Source: Candidatus Gottesmanbacteria bacterium RIFCSPHIGHO2_02_FULL_40_13
Lineage (GTDB): Bacteria > Patescibacteriota > Microgenomatia > 2-02-FULL-39-11
DNA: 38,038 nucleotides
Direction of reading: 5' to 3'
Assembly (NCBI GenBank): GCA_001779235.1
Contig: MFJN01000020.1
Location: 9,852 to 47,889, forward strand
Shown: piece after piece, positions 27,965 to 37,973 of the stretch
Position numbering within the stretch: position 1 is the stretch's first letter
How the letters are laid out: every line of letters begins with the position of its first letter
Program-made: the position numbers and the translations under genes
The notes under the pieces: generated by a model
Told to the model about the DNA's origin: nothing
The model's database searches: none
What the model saw: only the letters and a program-made list of their open reading frames with translations

Positions 27965-29089
27965 ATGAAGAAATATAAAAATATTCTTGTTACAGGTGGC
28001 GCAGGTTTTATAGGATCACATCTTGTCGACAGCCTGATTGAAAATGGCTATAAAGTGAGAGTTCTGGATAATCTTTATCGGCAAATACATCCGACCGGCC
28101 AATTACCGCGATACTTCAATCCCAAAGCTGAATTTATTAAAGGGGATGTCACCTCAAGACGCGATTGGTTGAAAGCTTTGCAGGGTATGGACGCGGTTTA
28201 TCACTTCGCTGCGGCTGTGGGAGTCGGGCAAAGTATGTACGAAATAGAACATTATGTCAAAGTGAATAGTTTGGGAACTGCTCTAATGCTTGATATATTG
28301 GCAAATACAAGACATAAAATAAAAAAAATGATCATTGCGGCGTCGATGAGCTCATACGGTGAGGGATCATATCGTTGTAAAATTCATGGAACAGTCAGAC
28401 CTCCGCTTCGCAGTCAATCCAAACTCGAAAAAAGAGATTTCTGCGTCTACTGTCCGATTTGCGATTCAATAGTTGATCCTGTTCCTACGATGGAGGATGC
28501 AAAACAAAATTCCAATTCAATTTATGCTATAGGAAAAAAGGATCAGGAAGAAATGGTTTTGAATATCGGTGCAGCTTATAACATTCCCAGCGTGGCATTA
28601 AGATATTTTAACGTATATGGTCCCAGACAGAGTTTGTCCAATCCTTACAATGGAGTGGTTGCTATTTTCATGAGCAGGATTAAAAACGGAAAACCGCCCA
28701 TTATAAATGAAGATGGTTTACAAACGAGAGATTTTGTCCACATAAGAGATCTGACGAAAGTGAATATATTCGCTTTAGAAAAAGATTCGGCAAATCATAA
28801 AACTTTTAACGTGGGATCAGGAAATCCGGTTTCAATAAAAAATATGGCCGAAATTCTAATCAAATTGTACGGAAGTAAACTAACTCCCGAAATTTCATAT
28901 AAAATCAGAAAACTCGATGTCAGACACTGCTTTGCGGATATTAAGAAGATGAAACAGCTTCTGGATTTCCAACCACAAATAGATTTGACTTACGGATTAA
29001 AAGAAGTTATAAAGTGGAGCGAAAAAGAACAGGCAGTGGATAAATTGGATTTTGCCATGAAAGAGTTAGAAAAACGAGGACTAAGATGA
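27965..29089 (+). CDS. NAD-dependent nucleotide-sugar epimerase/dehydratase with a Cys/His-containing insertion
   Basis: TGGAGFIGSH, AAAVGVGQSMY, SSYGEG, YAIGK, LRYFNVYGPRQ. Insertion CKIH...CPIC. Confidence 0.82.
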   Translation: MKKYKNILVTGGAGFIGSHLVDSLIENGYKVRVLDNLYRQIHPTGQLPRYFNPKAEFIKGDVTSRRDWLKALQGMDAVYHFAAAVGVGQSMYEIEHYVKVNSLGTALMLDILANTRHKIKKMIIAASMSSYGEGSYRCKIHGTVRPPLRSQSKLEKRDFCVYCPICDSIVDPVPTMEDAKQNSNSIYAIGKKDQEEMVLNIGAAYNIPSVALRYFNVYGPRQSLSNPYNGVVAIFMSRIKNGKPPIINEDGLQTRDFVHIRDLTKVNIFALEKDSANHKTFNVGSGNPVSIKNMAEILIKLYGSKLTPEISYKIRKLDVRHCFADIKKMKQLLDFQPQIDLTYGLKEVIKWSEKEQAVDKLDFAMKELEKRGLR

Positions 29090-29823
29090 TATCGGTTTCC
29101 TTCGTGATCCCTCTTCATAATGAAGAAAAGAATATCCTACTTCTAATACGGCGGATAGTTAATTTTGCCTCGAACAAGAAATGGAATTATGAAATAATTC
29201 CAGTTGATGATCGTAGTACCGATAATACCGCTTCACTTTTAAAAAAAATATCCCGGGAAAATAAAAGGTTAAATCCTGTTTTTCGTAAAAAAAGCTCTGA
29301 AGAAAAAGGTAATACTATGGGTAGAGCATTATTGGAAGGCACTTTAAAAGCCAGAGGTGAATTTATCATCTGGACCATGGGAGATTTAGCTGATGATACT
29401 TCTACCTATGGAAAAATTATAGACAAATTGGAAACGGGTTTTGATCTCGTTTTTGGCTCAAGATATATGCCGGGTGGATCCCGCGGGAACTTGGATCCTC
29501 TCAAAGCCTTCTTAAGTTCCTGGGGTACTCTACTGGCTAAGGTGATGTTTGGTGTTAAAGTGCATGATATTACTAATGCCTTCAGAGGTTTCAGGAAAAA
29601 TATAATACCGGAATTACGCTTGTCTTCAAACGGTTTTAGCATCTCGCCTGAATTTGCCATTAAAGCGTACCTTCAGGGTTATAAATTGGGAGAAGTACCT
29701 ACAGTTTACACTAACAGAGTGGAAGGTGTATCCAGTTTTAAATTACTTAAAATGATCAGAAGCTATTTAAAGTTATACCTAAACTTATTCTATCAATATA
29801 AAATTCGCCGTCAGATTAATTAA
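29086..29823 (+). CDS. DPM1-like GT2
   Basis: IPLHNEE, VDDRSTD, MGDLAD, FGSRYMPGG, DITNAFR, R..G.S. Confidence 0.82.
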   Translation: MISVSFVIPLHNEEKNILLLIRRIVNFASNKKWNYEIIPVDDRSTDNTASLLKKISRENKRLNPVFRKKSSEEKGNTMGRALLEGTLKARGEFIIWTMGDLADDTSTYGKIIDKLETGFDLVFGSRYMPGGSRGNLDPLKAFLSSWGTLLAKVMFGVKVHDITNAFRGFRKNIIPELRLSSNGFSISPEFAIKAYLQGYKLGEVPTVYTNRVEGVSSFKLLKMIRSYLKLYLNLFYQYKIRRQIN

Positions 29824-30995
29824 ACTTTTAACCACTCCTGCTTCAATTTGAGAAATTCACCATTTTCGATAGCCGTACGGATTTGACTCATCAAATTGGC
29901 ATAAAAATATAAATTATGAATAGTTGCCAACCGATAACCTAAAAGTTCACGGCAGCGGAAGAGGTGATTCAGGTAAGATTTGGTGAAATTCGTGCAGGTG
30001 TAACACCGGCAACTCCGGTCGGGGGGAGATTTTAGCGAATGGTAACGCGATTTGGTAATATCGAAGCGGAATTTATTTTTTAATCCCGCCGATTTGGTAA
30101 AAATCCATCCCATGCGGGCAAGACGGGTCGGAATGACGCAATCAAAGCTGTCGATCCCTTTTTCTATGGCGATAAAAATATCTTCTACTTCGCCGATGCC
30201 TAAGAAATGAATCGGTTTATTAACCGGAAGCAATATTGGCAGAGTCCAATCCAACACCTGAAAGACTTTTTTTCTGGGTTCACGGCTATTGGCAACACTC
30301 CCTACGGCAAATCCTTCAAACGGTTTACCGGCAAAAAAATTTGCAGAATTTCTTCTGAGGTCTTCAAAAACCGATCCCTGGATAATTCCGTAGAGAGTTT
30401 GTTTATTATTGAGCTGCTTTTTTACTTGGAGGCACGTTTTCGCCCAGTCATGTGTTCTTTGCATGGCGCGTTTAGCATACGATTTTTTAATCGGATAAAA
30501 AGTACATTCATCAAAAGCCATGATTAAGTCGGCTCCCAATTTATGTTGGGCCAAAATCGATTCATGAGGGCCAAAGAATATTTTTTTTCCGTCCCAGGCT
30601 GATTTAAACTCTATTCCCTGATCCGTGATTTTTACCATATTCTCGGATTTATCACTGACATTTCTTGGTCCATATTCGCCGAGTGAGAAAGCCTGAAATC
30701 CGCCCGAATCGGTCATGAGGGGAAACTTCCAGTTCATAAACCCATGAAGACCGTCTCCTTTTTTGACCGTTTCTACCCCCGGGCGAAAAATCATATGATA
30801 AGTATTGACAATAAAGACCTCAATTCCGCAATTTTTTATTTCTTCAGGTGTAAGTGACTTGATAGTGGCGGCAGTTCCCACAGGTACGAAAGCCGGAGTA
30901 TTAATTTTGCCGTGAGGTGTATTTATCACTCCTGTTTTTGCTTTAGTTTTCTTATCCCTGCTTAAGATTTTAAAGGAAAAATAATTACTAGCCAT
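29820..30995 (-). CDS. tgt: tRNA-guanine transglycosylase
   Basis: TPAFVPVGT, NTYH, TDSGGFQ, FDECT, GIIQG, DSFDCVIPTR, Zn site CRCYTC...HN. Confidence 0.93.
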   Translation of the reverse strand: MASNYFSFKILSRDKKTKAKTGVINTPHGKINTPAFVPVGTAATIKSLTPEEIKNCGIEVFIVNTYHMIFRPGVETVKKGDGLHGFMNWKFPLMTDSGGFQAFSLGEYGPRNVSDKSENMVKITDQGIEFKSAWDGKKIFFGPHESILAQHKLGADLIMAFDECTFYPIKKSYAKRAMQRTHDWAKTCLQVKKQLNNKQTLYGIIQGSVFEDLRRNSANFFAGKPFEGFAVGSVANSREPRKKVFQVLDWTLPILLPVNKPIHFLGIGEVEDIFIAIEKGIDSFDCVIPTRLARMGWIFTKSAGLKNKFRFDITKSRYHSLKSPPDRSCRCYTCTNFTKSYLNHLFRCRELLGYRLATIHNLYFYANLMSQIRTAIENGEFLKLKQEWLKV

Positions 30996-31065
30996 AAATT
31001 TGATTTAGGATTATTATTTTTTGACTTGTTTAATTTCTACGACTGGATTAGAATTTTACCAGATT

Positions 31066-31383
31066 ATGCTGTTTCAAAAAATATACAATATTGTTCGTTT
31101 CATTCCTGAAGGCAAAGTTCTCACTTATAAAGCAATTGCCAGTCATCTCGGACTTAAAGATATCCGCCTGATAGGATACGCCCTTCATGGAAATCCCGAC
31201 ACGGATAATATTCCCTGTCATAGGGTGGTTAAAAGTGACGGTAGTCTGGCAAAGGGTTTTGCATATGGGGGACCGGGTATCCAAAAACAGCTGTTGCAGC
31301 AGGAAAATGTTAATTTTGATCATGAAGGAAAAATAAATCTGTTAAAGTATCTCTGGGAAATACCAAAAGAGCAATCTTCATAA
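31066..31383 (+). CDS. Single-domain MGMT-family alkyltransferase
   Basis: IPEGKVLTY, R.IG.AL..NP, active-site PCHRVV. ATG 31066 preferred; TTGTTT-17-TAGAAT lies upstream. Confidence 0.85.
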   Translation: MLFQKIYNIVRFIPEGKVLTYKAIASHLGLKDIRLIGYALHGNPDTDNIPCHRVVKSDGSLAKGFAYGGPGIQKQLLQQENVNFDHEGKINLLKYLWEIPKEQSS

Positions 31384-31388
31384 ATAAT

Positions 31389-32771
31389 ATGACTAAACAG
31401 ATGTTTAATTGGAAAATTTTTATACTACTATTTCTTACTGTTTTGGCAAGTCTGTATTTATATAAAGATTCTTTTTCCGCCTATTTTTTTCAGGACGACT
31501 GGTTTACTTTCAGTATCAGTAAAGCTTCAAATTTGAAGGAATTCATCCGGTTTTTCATCCCCCGCACTGATGTCATCTATTATCGTCCCTTGGGTATGCA
31601 GGTGATGTTTTATTTTATGAAATCTATCTTTGGATTAAATTATATTTGGTATCATTTAATAATAGTTTTTACCCACATATTCAATATAATTCTGGTGTAT
31701 TATCTTTTCAAATTGATTCTAAATAATTACTTTACGGCGCTCTTGATTTCCTTTATGTATGCGATTTCTACCATACATTTCATACCTTTTTATTGGTTTT
31801 CTACCTACCCGTTTATTTTGGGTCCGGCTTTTTTATTTTTATCATGTATTTTTTTTATTCTCTCTTTAAAGACTCATCGAAAGATATTTATATCACTTAT
31901 ATTTTATATATTGGGATTGCTTACCTATGAAATTGTAATAATTACTCCTCTTATATTTATGCTCTATTTATCATTCCAGAAGATATCAAAAATTCATTAC
32001 ATTAGAGTTTTACCTTATTTATTTTTAGGGGGTTTATTATTCGCTATTAGATTTATTTATTATCATCCTCCCTCTACAGGGAACTATGTTTTACAAGCTG
32101 ATTATCATTTATTGAGCAATTTGAAAACTTATCTATTATGGAGCTTTAACTGGTCGGAAATACTGACGGAACAAATGACAAGTTTGTTCCGATTTAATTT
32201 CCGAATCATGAATTATTATCCGTCTTTAGCAAATTTGTCGGTGGCGTTATTTATTTTTACGATAATTATTTATTTTATAATTCCGTTTATCATTATTTTA
32301 AGAGAAAAAGACAAGTCATTATTTAACATTATTATATTCGGTATAGGGTGGTTTTTGATCGGTCTTCTTCCGGTCTTATTCTTTTCTAAACATAAATATC
32401 CGTACTATTTGCCTATATCCATACTTGGTTTATTTATGATAATTGCATATTTATTGACTAAATTATTTAATCAACATATCCCTATCAGGAATCAATTAAA
32501 CTTTAAATATTTATATTTGTTTCTATTTCTTTTGAGTTACTTTTATCAAGCAATTATTACCTATAATTTTAACTCTTTGATACATTGGGCTCCACGAAGA
32601 GCTTTAATTTCTGAAAAATTAGTGAAACGTTTTTTGGAAGAAAAAAAGCTGGATTCCGATAAAAAGGTTTTTTATGTTCAAAATACTCCCGAAAATAAAT
32701 TAGCACTTAATGATCAGGATGCCCTAAAAATTGTATTTAACGATGTCAGGATAGTAACAGTTTATGATTAA
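31389..32771 (+). CDS. GT-C-like multi-TM membrane protein
   Basis: FFQDDW and YYRPL in the first loop, many TMs, LLTYE. Confidence 0.7.
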   Translation: MTKQMFNWKIFILLFLTVLASLYLYKDSFSAYFFQDDWFTFSISKASNLKEFIRFFIPRTDVIYYRPLGMQVMFYFMKSIFGLNYIWYHLIIVFTHIFNIILVYYLFKLILNNYFTALLISFMYAISTIHFIPFYWFSTYPFILGPAFLFLSCIFFILSLKTHRKIFISLIFYILGLLTYEIVIITPLIFMLYLSFQKISKIHYIRVLPYLFLGGLLFAIRFIYYHPPSTGNYVLQADYHLLSNLKTYLLWSFNWSEILTEQMTSLFRFNFRIMNYYPSLANLSVALFIFTIIIYFIIPFIIILREKDKSLFNIIIFGIGWFLIGLLPVLFFSKHKYPYYLPISILGLFMIIAYLLTKLFNQHIPIRNQLNFKYLYLFLFLLSYFYQAIITYNFNSLIHWAPRRALISEKLVKRFLEEKKLDSDKKVFYVQNTPENKLALNDQDALKIVFNDVRIVTVYD

Positions 32772-32777
32772 GAGTGT

Positions 32778-33920
32778 ATGACTAAAGTTAAGAAAATTAT
32801 TTGGTTTGGGATTTTAGTCTTCATTATTTTAAACTTATCTATTTTTATTGTCACCAGAAAAAGCTACTTCTTAAGAAAATTTGATCCAGTATCTTTAGGC
32901 GAGTTATATACCAACTCTCAATACGTAATAGGCGATCGGTCAGTAGGCGGAATTGGAGATGATGGGCTTTATGCTTTCGCAGGATATTATTATTTTTTCC
33001 AGCAAGGGGATATCTCGAGTGTCAATTTTGAACATCCGCCACTTGGCAAATACCTGATCGGATTATCAATATATCTTTTTCAGAACGAGAACGTCATTAA
33101 TCTCGTCTATTTTGTATTATTGCTGGTAACGACTTATTTCTTAGCGTTAAAATTAACCCAAAATAAGATTATCTCTATCCTGTCTGTCTCTATATTATCA
33201 ATCAACCCATTACTTTTGGATCACCTCATAAGATCACAGCTGGACTTGCCTTTCACTCTTTTTTTTATTCTTGCCCTTTATACATTTATATGCAGTCTGG
33301 ATAGGTATAAATTAATTTTTATCTCCAGCCTCTTCTGGGGTCTGGCTTTTGCTACCCGATTTTTTCCTGTTTTAATTCCCATCGAAGTGTATTTACTCTA
33401 TTTTATTATTAGGCACGAGAGAAAAATGCTGAAATCATATTTGATAAGTTTATTGATAATTCCGCTAATTTATCTCGTCTCGCACATTTCCTTTTTTATT
33501 TACCATCCTTCTTTACATGAATTCATCAGGCACAAAATTTGGATGCTGTCGTGGTATCGCGGATCTCCGATTAGCATCGGAAATATCTGGCGTAATATTT
33601 TTACGGGGGAATACATCGATCCTGCGGGAAAACTGGTTGCCAACGAACATTGGAATGTACGGTTGCCGGTCATAATCACGCTTTCTCTAATACCTTTTTT
33701 GCAAAAAAAAGTCAGGAATCAACTTCCTATCAGAATTGCCTATTATCTGAATTTATTTCTTCTTCTTTATGTCACTTTTTTTACTACCGGTGTTCAAAAA
33801 TATATCATGCCTGTTTACCCGATTACCAGTATCTTAGCTGTCAGAAGTCTGTCCTTTTTTTGGTGTATAATTGATCCATGCGTGAAGGTGATTATCTCGA
33901 AATCAAAGGTAAAATCGTAG
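32778..33920 (+). CDS. GT-C glycosyltransferase (PMT-like)
   Basis: GDDGLY and NFEHPPLGKYLIG motifs; multi-TM. Confidence 0.75.
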   Translation: MTKVKKIIWFGILVFIILNLSIFIVTRKSYFLRKFDPVSLGELYTNSQYVIGDRSVGGIGDDGLYAFAGYYYFFQQGDISSVNFEHPPLGKYLIGLSIYLFQNENVINLVYFVLLLVTTYFLALKLTQNKIISILSVSILSINPLLLDHLIRSQLDLPFTLFFILALYTFICSLDRYKLIFISSLFWGLAFATRFFPVLIPIEVYLLYFIIRHERKMLKSYLISLLIIPLIYLVSHISFFIYHPSLHEFIRHKIWMLSWYRGSPISIGNIWRNIFTGEYIDPAGKLVANEHWNVRLPVIITLSLIPFLQKKVRNQLPIRIAYYLNLFLLLYVTFFTTGVQKYIMPVYPITSILAVRSLSFFWCIIDPCVKVIISKSKVKS

Positions 33921-35323
33921 CCGGGGTACTTGCTCTGACCTCCCGGACGCTTCTTTTACAGATTATTTCATTTGCCTCTACACTTATTCTGACAATCCTG
34001 TTATCACCTGCTGTTTTTGGAATATTTTTTGTGGTATCAGCCTTGATGTCATTTTTAGGATATTTTTCCGATATAGGTTTAGCTGCAGCTTTAATTCAAA
34101 AAAAAGACGAACCGACGGGTGTAGAATTGTCAACTGTTTTTACCATTCAGCAATTAATCGTTGGAGGTTTAGTTCTGCTGGGTTTCATGTTGGTTCCTTT
34201 CATAAACGGTTTTTATAATCTCGGTCTTGAGGGAGAATTTCTTTTACGGGCATTTCTCATGGCTTTTTTCTTATCTTCTCTTAAAACCATTCCTTCAGTC
34301 ATGTTAGAAAGAAAACTTCAGTTTAATTTACTGATTATTCCTCAAATACTTGAAACAACAACGTTTTATATCATTGCTATAGCGGTTGCAGCACGCGGTG
34401 GAGGTGTGAACAGTTTTGCCTGGGCAGCTTTAGGACGCGGTCTGATTGGGCTTATAGCAATCTATATCATGTGTCCCTGGCGGATATCATTTTCCCTGTC
34501 TATTCAGGCGGCAAAAGAACTTATGTCTTTCGGTTTTCCGTTTCAGATAAATTCCGTGCTGGCTTTAATAAAAGATGATTTGATGACTATATTTTTAGGC
34601 AAAATCTTGCCGTTTCAATTGGTCGGCTATATTGGTTGGGCTAAAAAATGGGCTGAGGTATCACTCCGTTTGATCATGGATTCAGTGATAAGAGTAACTT
34701 TTCCGGCTTTTTCCAGGTTACAGGAAAATAAAGAAATACTGCGTAAAGCCATAGAAAAATCAATGTTTTTTCTGGCCTTATTCATTTTTCCGGTTACAGT
34801 TTTTTTATTTACCTTGATTAAGCCGATGATCATATATATACCCAAATACCAGAAATGGGAACCGGCACTCTTGTCTTTTTACCTCTTTTCTTTCTCATCT
34901 GTTATCGCTGCTTTTTCAAGCACATTAGTAAATGCACTAAATGCCATAGGAAAAGTAAAATATACCCTCTATTTGATGATAGGTTGGACTATACTGACGT
35001 GGATACTTATTCCTAGCCTGATTGGTTATTTTTCATTTAACGGGGTCGCTGCAGCTTCGGTTTTAATATCCCTGACCTCAATTTTTCCTGTCATAATCAT
35101 GAAGAGATTTGTAAAATTTAATATCCTGCCGCAAATTATTCGGCCGTTTATCTTGTCTATTATTACTTTTTTACTCATCCGGGTCTTAATCCATACAATT
35201 CAGGGGCTTATTGGAATTATAGTTTCGGTTGCCATAGCCGCCATATTTTATTCTCTTGCCGTATTTTTTACCTTCAGGGTTGAAATAAATCCCTATCTGC
35301 CCAAATTCCTGAAAATAAAATAA
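33878..35323 (+). CDS. wzx: Wzx/MOP-family oligosaccharide flippase
   Basis: LL.P..FG.F, D.GL..ALIQK, LERKL.F, FP.FSRLQ; about 12-14 TMs. Confidence 0.85.
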   Translation: MREGDYLEIKGKIVAGVLALTSRTLLLQIISFASTLILTILLSPAVFGIFFVVSALMSFLGYFSDIGLAAALIQKKDEPTGVELSTVFTIQQLIVGGLVLLGFMLVPFINGFYNLGLEGEFLLRAFLMAFFLSSLKTIPSVMLERKLQFNLLIIPQILETTTFYIIAIAVAARGGGVNSFAWAALGRGLIGLIAIYIMCPWRISFSLSIQAAKELMSFGFPFQINSVLALIKDDLMTIFLGKILPFQLVGYIGWAKKWAEVSLRLIMDSVIRVTFPAFSRLQENKEILRKAIEKSMFFLALFIFPVTVFLFTLIKPMIIYIPKYQKWEPALLSFYLFSFSSVIAAFSSTLVNALNAIGKVKYTLYLMIGWTILTWILIPSLIGYFSFNGVAAASVLISLTSIFPVIIMKRFVKFNILPQIIRPFILSIITFLLIRVLIHTIQGLIGIIVSVAIAAIFYSLAVFFTFRVEINPYLPKFLKIK

Positions 35324-35414
35324 TCTTAACCCGATATAATTTATTTTAAGCTTCTCATAAGTTTATTTTAGCTGACAATCCTGATACAATCATTAAAGCT
35401 TAACTATAAATTAT

Positions 35415-36317
35415 ATGATATCTGCAGTCATTCATACGTTTAACGAGGAAAAAAATATACAGAGATGTTTAGAATCACTGTCCTTCGTAGATGAGATTAT
35501 CGTAATTGATATGCACTCATCAGATAAAACCTGCGAAGAGGCGCAAAAATACAAGACAAAAATATTCAAACACAACTATACAGGATATGTTGAGCCGGCT
35601 CGTAACTTTGGTATCAGTAAGGCAGAAGGAGACTGGATATTAATCTTGGACGCAGATGAGGAAATTCCCCAAACTTTGGCAGTATTTCTCCGCAAATCTG
35701 CAGATTTAAACACTTCCGATTATTTCCGGATCCCCAGAAAAAATATAATCTTTCATAAATGGATGAAGCACGCCGGTTGGTGGCCTGATTACCAGGTCAG
35801 ATTTTTTAAACGAGGCATGGTTTCCTGGAATGATAAGATTCATGGAATTCCATTCACCAAAGGAAAGGGAGAAGATATTGAGGTGAATGAAGATTTCAGT
35901 ATAATCCATCATAATTATCAATCTATTGGTCAGTATCTTGAGCGCATGAATAGGTATACCGGTGTAGCTTCAAAACAGCTGTATGAAGAAGGGTATAAGA
36001 TTCTGAAAGATGATTTATTTAAAAAGCCTTTGGATGAGTTTGTCAGCCGTTTTTTTCAACGGGGTGGTTATTTAGATGGACTTCATGGGTTAGCGTTATC
36101 GTTATTACAATCTGTGTCTGAACTTGTAATATATTTAAAATTATGGGAATTAGAAAAATATAAGGAGGAAAAAATAACGCTGGAAAATATCGAATATAAC
36201 TTTAAAGAAGAATATAGAATCAAGCAATACTGGTTAAATTCAACGATGTTAAAGTCATCAAAAAATTTATTACAAAAGACCATCCTGAAAGCTAAAAGAA
36301 AATTTTATAACAAATGA
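35415..36317 (+). CDS. GT2 glycosyltransferase (WaaE/KdtX-like)
   Basis: NEEKNI..CL.SL..DEIIVID..S.D, LDADE, WWPDYQVR, N.YT. Confidence 0.85.
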   Translation: MISAVIHTFNEEKNIQRCLESLSFVDEIIVIDMHSSDKTCEEAQKYKTKIFKHNYTGYVEPARNFGISKAEGDWILILDADEEIPQTLAVFLRKSADLNTSDYFRIPRKNIIFHKWMKHAGWWPDYQVRFFKRGMVSWNDKIHGIPFTKGKGEDIEVNEDFSIIHHNYQSIGQYLERMNRYTGVASKQLYEEGYKILKDDLFKKPLDEFVSRFFQRGGYLDGLHGLALSLLQSVSELVIYLKLWELEKYKEEKITLENIEYNFKEEYRIKQYWLNSTMLKSSKNLLQKTILKAKRKFYNK

Positions 36318-37228
36318 AGATAAAAACTTCTCTCGTGATACTCCATTATAAAAATAATCAGGATACCTTAGACTGTTTGGATTCAGTGTTTAAATCAAAC
36401 TTTTCGGGACTTAATATAAGCGTTATTTTAGTCATGAACGGTTTATCCCCCGACCTTAAACTGAAAATCCAGGGATTATACAGTAAAGTAAATTTTATTA
36501 TTAATACCCAAAATTGCGGTTTTGCTGCTGGTAATAACTTAGGAATAAAAAAAGCTTTATCATTGGGTAGCAGTCATATAATCTTACTGAATAATGATAC
36601 GGTTGTCGATAAAAATGCTATTTTAGAACTGGTCCGATTTTCCATGACTGACAAGACGATCGGTTTGGTATCTCCGAAAATTTATTTTGCATCCGGTTTT
36701 GAATTTCACAAAGATAAATATTTATCTTCAGACAGGGGTAAAGTGATATGGTATGCCGGAGGAGATATAGATTGGAATAATATGTATGCCAAACACAGAG
36801 GTGTTGATGAAGTAGACCGGGAACAATACAACAGTAAAATCGAAACTGATTTTACTACAGGGTGTTGCATGCTTCTCAAAAAAAAAGTCATTGACGATAT
36901 TGGCTTACTGAACGAAAAATATTTTATGTATTATGAAGACATCGATTACTCGATGAAAGTAAGATCTAAGGGATTAAAGGCGTATTATTACCCGCAGGCA
37001 TTTATTTGGCATAAAAATGCTTCCTCATCCGGACGCCCCGGTTCCCCGCTTCATGTTTATTATCAGACCCGGAACAGGCTATATTTCGGTATAAAATACG
37101 CCCCTTTTCGGACCAAAAAATCATTATTGTTGGAAAGTGCTAAGTTTTTATTTCAGGGCGGTATTCGGTTGAAAGCCACTTTAGACTGTTTATTAAACCG
37201 GATGGGTCAACAATCATATGAAAATTAG
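36314..37228 (+). CDS. GT2 glycosyltransferase (WbbL/rhamnosyltransferase-like)
   Basis: GFAAGNNLG, LLNND, TGCCML, YFMYYEDID, WHK, YY.TRNR. Confidence 0.82.
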   Translation: MKIKTSLVILHYKNNQDTLDCLDSVFKSNFSGLNISVILVMNGLSPDLKLKIQGLYSKVNFIINTQNCGFAAGNNLGIKKALSLGSSHIILLNNDTVVDKNAILELVRFSMTDKTIGLVSPKIYFASGFEFHKDKYLSSDRGKVIWYAGGDIDWNNMYAKHRGVDEVDREQYNSKIETDFTTGCCMLLKKKVIDDIGLLNEKYFMYYEDIDYSMKVRSKGLKAYYYPQAFIWHKNASSSGRPGSPLHVYYQTRNRLYFGIKYAPFRTKKSLLLESAKFLFQGGIRLKATLDCLLNRMGQQSYEN

Positions 37229-37973
37229 CGCAATCATTATAGCCAGGAATGAAGCCGACAGAATTGAAGATTGTTTGAAATCCTTATTTTTTGTAGATGA
37301 GATTATTCTTGTAGATAATGGATCGAAAGACGAGACGCTCAATATTGCTAAAAAATATCACGCTGAAATAGTTGAAGTTCAAGGACTTGATTTTTCATAC
37401 CTGCGCAATATAGGCCGCGAAAAAGCTAAAAGCACCTGGTTGTTATATCTTGATGCGGATGAAAGAATATCTCCAGAACTCCAAAATGAAATCTTACTCT
37501 GTGTGAATAAAAAAACCCCTTTCCAGGCTTATAATTTTGTGCGCCAGAATTATTTTTTGGGTAAAAAATGGCCGAAGACGGAAAAGATGGTACGTCTGAT
37601 GAAAAAAAATGTGCTTATCGGTTGGCAGGGAGCTTTGCATGAAACGCCTATTATAAACGGTAAGATCGGTTTTTTACAAAATCTGATGCTTCATTATACA
37701 CATCGTAGTTTGAAGGAAATGATTGAGAAAACAAATGAATGGTCAGAAATTGAAGCGACTTTAAGATACCAAAATAACCATCCCCAAATGACCTGGTGGA
37801 GATTTATGAGGGTGATCATAAGTTCGTTTTACCAGACATTTGTTATTAATGAAGGATGGAAAGCCGGTACAGTCGGTTTAATTGAAAGCATTTATCAGGC
37901 GTACAGCATGTTTATCACCTATGCCAAACTTTGGGAAAAACAGAATAAGGCAGGTTTTAAAAATGCTAGATAA
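37218..37973 (+). CDS. GT2 glycosyltransferase (WaaE/KdtX-like)
   Basis: NEA..I..CL.SL..DEIILVDNGS.D, RN, LDADE, LHE, HYT. Confidence 0.85.
   Translation: MKISAIIIARNEADRIEDCLKSLFFVDEIILVDNGSKDETLNIAKKYHAEIVEVQGLDFSYLRNIGREKAKSTWLLYLDADERISPELQNEILLCVNKKTPFQAYNFVRQNYFLGKKWPKTEKMVRLMKKNVLIGWQGALHETPIINGKIGFLQNLMLHYTHRSLKEMIEKTNEWSEIEATLRYQNNHPQMTWWRFMRVIISSFYQTFVINEGWKAGTVGLIESIYQAYSMFITYAKLWEKQNKAGFKNAR

Noticed and set aside
30996-31065. preQ1 riboswitch upstream of tgt
   Set aside because: The 70-nt divergent spacer shows no recognisable preQ1 stem plus A-rich tail.
31389-32771. AT-rich stretch as a horizontally acquired island
   Set aside because: Explained by Phe/Ile/Leu/Tyr-rich membrane-protein codons; no mobility signatures.
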